Of a stretch of DNA of 64,000 bases, positions 57,283-64,000 are shown one piece after another. The DNA is taken from the NCBI GenBank assembly GCA_963696385.1, contig CAVOKF010000008.1, forward strand, positions 256,001-320,000, in the 5' to 3' direction. The notes beneath the pieces were generated by a model. The model worked only from the letters and a program-made list of their open reading frames with translations. It had not been told where the DNA came from and ran no database searches. Source of the DNA: an uncultured delta proteobacterium. Its GTDB lineage: Bacteria; Myxococcota_A; Polyangia; Polyangiales; Polyangiaceae. Within the stretch, counting starts at the first letter, position 1, and each line of letters opens with the position of its first letter. The translations under genes and the position numbers were made by a program.

Positions 57283-59898
57283 ATGAGCGAACGCCATCCC
57301 CGTCTACCGCAGTACGATCCGAATCCGATCTTCGCGCGGATCTACCCACGCCTCTTCGACAGCATCGCGGTCGATGAGGCGTGGCTCCGCGCCGTGCGCG
57401 AAGCGATGGCGCGCGGCACGGTGGTTTACGTCCTGCGCAATCTGTCGCTCGTCGATTTTCTAGCGCTCGACTACCTCACCAAGCGTCACGATCTACCGCG
57501 CATCCGCTTCGCGAACGATCTGGGCCTGCGCGTGCTCGAGCCGATGAGGCACGGCTTTCGCCATGCGCTTCGCCCCCGGGCTCCCGAGGCCGACGAGGCG
57601 GAGCTCGAAGCCGCCGTGGCGAGCGGCGCGAGCGCCGCCCTCTTTCTCAAGCGCCCCCCCCACGTTCTCGCGGGGCTTTCGCGCGGCCGAATCGAGGGTG
57701 ACCACCTGGTCCGGGCCCTCTTCAATCTTCAGCGGCGCGGCGAGCGCCGGGTTCTGTTGGTGCCCCAGGTGTTCGTCTGGTCACGTCGAGCAGGCACCCG
57801 AGGCGGCAATCTGGTCGACGCCCTGTTCGGCCCGAGCGAGTGGCCCGGTAGCTTGCGCTCGATGGCTCAGTTTCTCGCGAACTTTCGTCATGCCATCCTG
57901 CGCGCCGGCGAGCCGGTCGACCTGCAGGAGTTTCTCGCACGCGACGCCGACGGTGCGAGCGACGACGTGCTCGTGCGACGGCTCACGTACACGCTGTTGC
58001 GGCGGCTCGAGCGCGAGCGGCGCGCGATCCTCGGACCGGCGCGAAAGCCGGCCGACCGGCTGCGCGAAGAGGTGATCCGAAGCCCGAAGTTGCAAAAGGT
58101 CATCGCCGACATGGCGGGGGAAGGCGCCCGCGAGCGCGCCGTCATCACCGAGCGCGCGATGGCGATGCTTCGCGGCCTTCAAGCCGAACTCGACATGAAC
58201 GCCATCGCAGCGCTCGATCAGGTCGTCGCTCACGCCGCCGCCCGCATGTTCTCGGCGGTCGAGGTGGACCAACCAGGCATCGAACTGTTGCGCGAGCACG
58301 CGAAGGAGGGGACCCTCGTACTCCTTCCGTCGCACAAGTCCCATATGGACTCGATCGTGCTGGCGTGGGTGCTCTATCGGCACAAGTTGCCGATGCCGCT
58401 CGTGGCCGCCGGCGACAATCTCAACTTCTTTCCGATGGGCCCGCTGCTTCGTCGCGCCGGCGCCTTCTTCATCCGCCGGACATTCGCCGGCGACCGGCTC
58501 TACGCCGCCGTCGTCGACGCCTACGTGCGCCGGACGATGAAAGACGGTTCGCCTTTGGAATTCTTTCTGGAGGGCGGGCAATCGCGGACCGGCAAGCTGT
58601 TGCCGCCCAAGCTCGGGCTGCTCTCGCTCGCAGTCGACGCCGCGCTGAGCGTCCCGACGAGGACGACCTGGTTTTGCCCGCTGAGCATCGGCTACGAACG
58701 GTTCATGGAGGAAAAGGCGTTCGTCCGCGAACTCAGCGGCGGCGAGAAGCACAAGGAGAACGTGCGCGGGCTGGTCCGCTCGATGGATCTCATGGTGGGT
58801 CGCTACGGCCGCTTGAGCATTCAATTCGGCCGGCCGCTCCGGCTGGCGGACGTCCTCCGCGAGATCGACCCGAAATCGACACCGGAAGACCTTTCGACGA
58901 TGAGCCCCTCGCGCAGACGTGCGCTCATCACGCGGCTCGCATACCGGGTCATGAACGAGATCAACTCGGTGACGGCCGTCACGGCCGGCCCGCTCGTCGC
59001 GACCGCACTGCTCGCGCACGACCGGCGGGGGCTGCCCCAAGCCGACTTGCGTGCAACGTGCCAGCGCCTCGCGCGCACTTTGCACTCGAAAGGGGCCCGC
59101 TTCAGCCCCTCGCTCGCGACCGCCGGCAGCGGCGGCGAAGTGCGCACCGCAGCCCTGAGCGAGGCCACGGATCTGTTCGTTCGAGCCGGTCACGTCCAGG
59201 CGCACGGCAGCGGCGACGACGTCATTTACGTCGTCTCCCCCGAAGCGCGCATGTCGCTCGACCTGGCGAAAAACGTCATCGTCCACTTCTTTGCGCCGAG
59301 GGCCATCATCGCGACGGCGATCCTCGCGAGTCCCGGCCCCATCCTGCCGGTCGGCGCGGTACGCGAGCGCGTCCTCTCCCTGTCCCGTCTGTTCAAATAC
59401 GAATTCACGTTCCGCGCAGACGCGCCGTTCGAGCAGATCTTCGAGGAAGAGATCGCCGCCATGGAGGCCGACCGCGAGATCGTGCGCGTCGCACCCAAAC
59501 CGGGCGAAGGCGCGCTGGGGGTGGCTCCCAAAGGCGACGACGGCCTCGATCAGGTCGCGCTCTATGCGAGCATCCTTGCGAACTTCATCGAAGGATATCG
59601 CTTGGCCGCCCGCAGCTTGACCGCTCTGCTTCGCGGCCCGCTCCTCAGCAAGGAGGTCGTGCGCCGCGCCATCGCGATCGGGCAGCGGATGTTCCTGGCG
59701 GGCGATCTGTCGCGTCGCGAGGCCGTGAGCAGCCCGATCATCGAGAACGCCTACGCGAGCTTCATCGACCAGGGGTACGTCGCCCGGAGCGGCGGCAAGC
59801 TCACCTTGACCGAATCGTACGCGACCGCCGACGCGGTTGCGACCATCGAAGCGCGCATCGCGGCGATGAGGACGTCGACCAGCCCACAGACACCCTGA
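57283..59898 (+). CDS. plsB: Glycerol-3-phosphate O-acyltransferase
   Basis: PSHKSHMD, AGDNL, GAFFIRR, FFLEGGQSRTGK, ~870 aa. Confidence 0.88.
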   Translation: MSERHPRLPQYDPNPIFARIYPRLFDSIAVDEAWLRAVREAMARGTVVYVLRNLSLVDFLALDYLTKRHDLPRIRFANDLGLRVLEPMRHGFRHALRPRAPEADEAELEAAVASGASAALFLKRPPHVLAGLSRGRIEGDHLVRALFNLQRRGERRVLLVPQVFVWSRRAGTRGGNLVDALFGPSEWPGSLRSMAQFLANFRHAILRAGEPVDLQEFLARDADGASDDVLVRRLTYTLLRRLERERRAILGPARKPADRLREEVIRSPKLQKVIADMAGEGARERAVITERAMAMLRGLQAELDMNAIAALDQVVAHAAARMFSAVEVDQPGIELLREHAKEGTLVLLPSHKSHMDSIVLAWVLYRHKLPMPLVAAGDNLNFFPMGPLLRRAGAFFIRRTFAGDRLYAAVVDAYVRRTMKDGSPLEFFLEGGQSRTGKLLPPKLGLLSLAVDAALSVPTRTTWFCPLSIGYERFMEEKAFVRELSGGEKHKENVRGLVRSMDLMVGRYGRLSIQFGRPLRLADVLREIDPKSTPEDLSTMSPSRRRALITRLAYRVMNEINSVTAVTAGPLVATALLAHDRRGLPQADLRATCQRLARTLHSKGARFSPSLATAGSGGEVRTAALSEATDLFVRAGHVQAHGSGDDVIYVVSPEARMSLDLAKNVIVHFFAPRAIIATAILASPGPILPVGAVRERVLSLSRLFKYEFTFRADAPFEQIFEEEIAAMEADREIVRVAPKPGEGALGVAPKGDDGLDQVALYASILANFIEGYRLAARSLTALLRGPLLSKEVVRRAIAIGQRMFLAGDLSRREAVSSPIIENAYASFIDQGYVARSGGKLTLTESYATADAVATIEARIAAMRTSTSPQTP

Positions 59899-59980
59899 AC
59901 CAGGGTGCCGCTCGCGCTTTTTGAGCGGTTCCCGGTGGACGGCACGGGGTCATCGGCACGCCATCGATGGGCTCGCGTGT

Positions 59981-61417
59981 CTACTCGATCTCGAAGTGAG
60001 CCAAGTCGATCTTGGGTCCCTTGAAGCGTGCGCGGACGCGCCATCTCCAGACGGCGACCAGGACCCCTGTAAGGCCGGCGAATGCGGCCACGGCCCCTGC
60101 ATTTGCCAACGCCAAGATCGCTGCGACCGCGACCGTCCAACCGACCGCGGCCCAAGCGACGGGAATGCCGGCGCGGCCGAGGTTCCAGGATCCCCGCTGG
60201 GTCCAGCGGCCACCGGCCCGTGCGGCTGCGCCGAGCGCGATCGGCACGGCGTACGACGCATAGAGCGCCGCCGTCGCCAGAACCGCGACGGTCAGAAAGA
60301 CGGCGTCGCTCCAGGGCGCGGTGACGATGACCAACGCGATCGAAACGAGGACACAGACCGCGATCGCACGGATCGGCGTGCGGGTACGGCCGTCGACATG
60401 CCGAACAAAGGCGGCCATCGGAATGCCGTCGTCGCGTGCGAATGCGAAGAGCATGCGCGACGCGCTCGTCACGCTGGAGAGCCCGGCGAACCACATCGCG
60501 AGCACCGCGAGTCCCATCGCGAACCGTCCGGTTTGCGGTCCGAGGGCGCCGCGCAGCACCCCGAGCGCGGCGTCGGGGGCCTCGGCCGTCACGGCCCAAT
60601 CCCGCACCGAGAGCGTCAGAGCCGCCACCAGCGCGAACCCCGCCACCGCGCTCACCGCCACGGCGGAGACGATGCCGACCGGGGCACGCCTTCCCGGGCG
60701 GCGAGTCTCTTCGCTCACGTGCGCCGCGGCGTCGAATCCGGTGAAGGTCCAGACCCCGAGCACGAGGGCCTGGACAAAGCCCACGACGTAGAGGCCGTCC
60801 GGTCGGACCGTGCCGCGCACGCGAACGAGGTACGACCAAGGATGTACCGCCCCCTTCCAGAAAAGCGCACCCACGAGCACCGCCACCCCGACCATGTGCA
60901 CGGTGGCCGACGCATCGTTGAGCCAAGCGACGAGTCGGATCGATGCGGCGTTGAGGGCGCCATGGACGGCCACGACGACCGCGTACAGGGCGAACGCCGC
61001 GCGACGGTCCAAGCCGACCACCTGTGCAAACATCTGGGCGCAGGCGAGGTCGATGGCCGCAACAATCGCGATCTGGCCGGCGAGGTTGAGCATCGCGGTC
61101 GACCATCCCCAGCCAGGTCCGCCGAGCAGCGAAGCCCAATGGTACAGGGCGCCGGCGGTCGGAAAGGCGCTCGACAGCTCGGCCATGGCAAGAGCGACGA
61201 GCATCGTGCCGCAAGCGACCAGGGGCCAGCCGAGCCCCAGTCCCATGGGCCCGCCCGCCGCGAGCGCATCGCCAAAGGTGGAAGTAACGCCGGTGAGCAC
61301 GCTGATGACCGAAAAGCCAATCGCGAAACTCGAGAAGCCGCCGAACCGCCTTGCGAGCTCTTGGGCGTAACCGAAGCGTGCGAGTTCGCGATCGTCGTCG
61401 TCGGGTCGCCGCGCCAC
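59981..61417 (-). CDS. APC-family amino acid/polyamine permease
   Basis: GYAQEL, FAIGFS, AELSSAFPTAGALYHW, HVSEET, SRMLFAFARD. Confidence 0.9.
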   Translation of the reverse strand: MARRPDDDDRELARFGYAQELARRFGGFSSFAIGFSVISVLTGVTSTFGDALAAGGPMGLGLGWPLVACGTMLVALAMAELSSAFPTAGALYHWASLLGGPGWGWSTAMLNLAGQIAIVAAIDLACAQMFAQVVGLDRRAAFALYAVVVAVHGALNAASIRLVAWLNDASATVHMVGVAVLVGALFWKGAVHPWSYLVRVRGTVRPDGLYVVGFVQALVLGVWTFTGFDAAAHVSEETRRPGRRAPVGIVSAVAVSAVAGFALVAALTLSVRDWAVTAEAPDAALGVLRGALGPQTGRFAMGLAVLAMWFAGLSSVTSASRMLFAFARDDGIPMAAFVRHVDGRTRTPIRAIAVCVLVSIALVIVTAPWSDAVFLTVAVLATAALYASYAVPIALGAAARAGGRWTQRGSWNLGRAGIPVAWAAVGWTVAVAAILALANAGAVAAFAGLTGVLVAVWRWRVRARFKGPKIDLAHFEIE

Positions 61418-61439
61418 CGGATCGACCGACCCCTTGAAC

Positions 61440-61988
61440 CTACTGGTGGGATCCGGAAAACGTGTAACTCGTGGAGCATGGGAGCGTCATGTACGACCCG
61501 CCCGACGCGGTGAGCTGATCGGTGCAGTTGTTCGTACTCGATACCCCGGTGGCCGCCGAAATCGTCTGCGCGTAGGTCGCCGTGAAGCTCGATGGCGTCA
61601 AGCCCGCCGCAAGCGAGACGTCGAGGGTACTGGCGACGGTAAGGTCACACGGCCCCGGAGCCCCCGCCTCGGTGGCGTCGACGTTTGCCGTCACCACAGT
61701 CGCAATGACCGCCTTGGTGGCCGAAGTCAGGTTGCCTGAGGACGAACTGGCGCCCGATGGCAACCAGTACAGTACCGTTCCGTCCTCGGACATTTGCACG
61801 GTGAACGTCCATGGATTCATCGCATTGCCGCAAGTGTCGCTCACGAGCGTGCCGGTCACGTTGTAGGTCCCGAGCGACGTGCCGGGAAGTGCGGGGCCAC
61901 AGAACATCGACAGGGCGGCGATCGCGCACGCCACGACGGTCACCAGAGGCCTGGACCTTCGGAGACATCCCGCGCGCTCGGCGACCAT
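61440..61988 (-). CDS. Hypothetical secreted Ser/Thr-rich protein
   Basis: Signal-like leader with Cys, beta-rich S/T composition, several Cys. Confidence 0.6.
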   Translation of the reverse strand: MVAERAGCLRRSRPLVTVVACAIAALSMFCGPALPGTSLGTYNVTGTLVSDTCGNAMNPWTFTVQMSEDGTVLYWLPSGASSSSGNLTSATKAVIATVVTANVDATEAGAPGPCDLTVASTLDVSLAAGLTPSSFTATYAQTISAATGVSSTNNCTDQLTASGGSYMTLPCSTSYTFSGSHQ

Positions 61989-62139
61989 GAACGCCCTATA
62001 ACCCCGGATCTCGGGAGCGGACAAGCTTAGCGCCCCTCGACGCGTCGATCGGATTTGCGGATGGGTCTCGCCGCACGATTCGGATCGCCCGCGTTCCGCG
62101 AGCCGCTTGCGGAAAGCGCAGACTCTCCGCTTCTCGAAT

Positions 62140-62214
<75 letters not shown>

Positions 62215-62359
62215 ACACCAGAAGCGAAACGGGCGCGCGAAAAATACGCGCAAGGCCCGGCGAGTCAAGCCGTGACCGCGCGCGCCTGCCAACGGGATGC
62301 GATTTCGGGTCGGCGAAAGACGGAGACCGATCGCTAGGGCCGGCGCGGCCCCTGTCCAC

Positions 62360-63205
62360 CTATGCCGTCTTGCCCTTGTTGCCGGCATTCACGTGCATGG
62401 TTGCTTTCACCGGGACTCCGGGCGTGGGAGACGGGTGACGCCGCGACCAGGCGCCATCCAAGACTTCGAGCGTTCTTCGCGTAAGCTGGCGCGCCGCTTC
62501 GCCGTCGCGCGACCGAATCAGATCGATGACGGCGGGGTAGAGCGCGGCGGACGACGCGCAGTCGTCGTAGAGCGCCGCCACGAGCTGCGGGTGATCGTCC
62601 GGCCATCTCGCAAACGTGTTGAGAAAAAGCTCGAGTCCGACGTTGCGCGCGGCCTTGCATACCGCTCGCATGAACGCCAAGTCGAGACGCGCAAACGCCA
62701 CGGGGTCCTCGACGTGTTCGCGAAGGACTTGGGCGCACGCGCCGATGGCGATGAGATCGGCTTCGTCATGGCGCTCGGCGGCCAGAGCAACGGCTTCGGA
62801 CGCGAGAATGCGGCGAATCTCGAGAGAGCTTCGGACGAGCTCGTGCCATGCGGGCTCGGCCACTTTGAGCCCGCGCACCAGCGTTCCCAGCATTTCGAGA
62901 CCGGCGCGCTCGCGCCACGACGCCACGACGGTGCCCGCGCCATGCCGCGTTGTGATGAGCCCGAGGGCCTCGAGTCGCGCGAGGGACGCGCGCAGCGTCA
63001 AGCGGTTCACGCCCAACGCAAGCGAAAGCTCTCGCTCGGAAGGCAAACGCGTGCCCGGCCGCAAGCGGCCCGCAAGGATCTCTCCTCGGAGCCGATCGGC
63101 TACGGCATCGACGACGCTTTGGCGCGCCACCGGAGCGATCGACGCGAGCGTATGCGCCGCGTCCGGCGCGAACGGCGTCGTAGGCGGCTTCGAGTCGTCC
63201 GGCAT
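62360..63205 (-). CDS. GntR/FadR-family transcriptional regulator
   Basis: RLPSERELSLALGVNRLTLR wHTH, HGAGT wing, FCD-like C-terminus. Confidence 0.9.
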   Translation of the reverse strand: MPDDSKPPTTPFAPDAAHTLASIAPVARQSVVDAVADRLRGEILAGRLRPGTRLPSERELSLALGVNRLTLRASLARLEALGLITTRHGAGTVVASWRERAGLEMLGTLVRGLKVAEPAWHELVRSSLEIRRILASEAVALAAERHDEADLIAIGACAQVLREHVEDPVAFARLDLAFMRAVCKAARNVGLELFLNTFARWPDDHPQLVAALYDDCASSAALYPAVIDLIRSRDGEAARQLTRRTLEVLDGAWSRRHPSPTPGVPVKATMHVNAGNKGKTA

Positions 63206-63215
63206 TGAAACCCCG

Positions 63216-63230
63216 ACTGGTTGAACCAGT
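63216..63230. promoter_or_regulatory. Candidate FadR-type operator ACTGGTT-G-AACCAGT
   Basis: Perfect palindrome with TGGT-N3-ACCA core, 10 nt upstream of the regulator ATG. Confidence 0.7.
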
Positions 63231-63308
63231 TAACCTCTACCGCCCTCCGAGCTTCTGCGCAACAACCTGCGCAGCAAACATCGATACGCAGCCGCTTCGG
63301 CGGATCGA

Positions 63309-63401
63309 CGACCTCGACCTCGACCTCGACCTCGACCTTACCTCGACCTCGACCTCGACCTCGACCTTACCTCGACCTCGACCTCGACCTCGACCCTTAC
63401 C
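63309..63401. repeat. CGACCT hexamer array with a 29-nt higher-order unit
   Basis: (CGACCT)5 TACCT (CGACCT)4 TACCT (CGACCT)3 CGACCC TTACC. Confidence 0.92.
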
Positions 63402-63440
63402 GCTAGCCTGCGGTCGGCTAAGGCTTACGTTGTTTTTTTT

Positions 63441-64000
63441 ATGATTGATCTACGCAGCGACACCGTGACACGGCCGTCTTCCGCAATGCGCGAAGCGATG
63501 GCGCGCGCGGAGGTAGGTGACGACGTCTTGGGCGAAGACCCGACAGTGCGCGCCCTCGAGGAAGAAGTGGCGCTCATCACGGGCAAGGAGGCCGCACTTT
63601 TCGTCACGAGCGGCACGATGGGAAATCAGCTTGCGATTGCCACGCAAACACGCCCTGGCGACGACGTCATCGTCGGCGAAGGGGCGCATCCGGTGCATCA
63701 CGAGGCCGGCGCGGGGGCCGCCCTGAACGGCGTGCAGTTTGCCATTGCCGGCCGCGGCGGCTTGTTCGCGCCCGACGATATCGACGCAGTTTTGCACCCT
63801 CGCAGCGACTGGGCGGCGCGAACCGCGCTGGTCGCGATCGAGAACACGCACAACCGATCCGGCGGACGCGTCTGGCCGCACGCCCAAGCTCTCGCAGTCG
63901 CCGGTCGAGCCCGCGATCACGGACTCGCCACGCACTTGGACGGCGCGCGCATCTGGAACGCGAGCGTCGCGAGCGGCGTGGACGTCGCCACGCTTTGCGC
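63441..64000 (+). CDS. ltaE: Low-specificity L-threonine aldolase, partial (runs off window)
   Basis: [46 protein letters not shown]. Confidence 0.92.
   Translation, partial: MIDLRSDTVTRPSSAMREAMARAEVGDDVLGEDPTVRALEEEVALITGKEAALFVTSGTMGNQLAIATQTRPGDDVIVGEGAHPVHHEAGAGAALNGVQFAIAGRGGLFAPDDIDAVLHPRSDWAARTALVAIENTHNRSGGRVWPHAQALAVAGRARDHGLATHLDGARIWNASVASGVDVATLC

Overview
GC-rich bacterial chromosome segment whose gene content (giant TPR protein, PEGA protein, atypical Hsp70, Asp/Ala-rich lipoprotein, ElbD-type lipid enzyme) suggests a myxobacterium, probably Polyangiales-like; this is inference only. Most of it is housekeeping: thyA-folA, lipA, accD-folC-yajQ-glmM, sahR-ahcY, serC, fmt, lhr, ccmC/D, rlmN-family, tatBC, rsfS, proA, thrC, mce, plsB, tRNA-Thr(CGT), a GntR/FadR regulator and ltaE. 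Highlights: (1) an ether-lipid (elb-like) operon of HAD hydrolase, LarA-like protein, FAR-ACS-ACP-acyltransferase with an extra C-terminal SCP2-like domain, SDR and lipid kinase; (2) a ~125-bp hairpin-containing repeat family found just downstream of three stop codons in a fixed transcript orientation, whose inverted clusters enclose a small RHH-regulator cassette; (3) two distant CGACCY hexamer arrays sharing a 29-nt higher-order period; (4) a near-consensus promoter with a G9 tract in its spacer ahead of a short LeuA-like gene. Three +1 frameshifts (two in elbD, one in ahcY) are probably sequencing errors. No CRISPR array, transposase, integrase or prophage was seen. All calls come from reading motifs by eye, without database searches.
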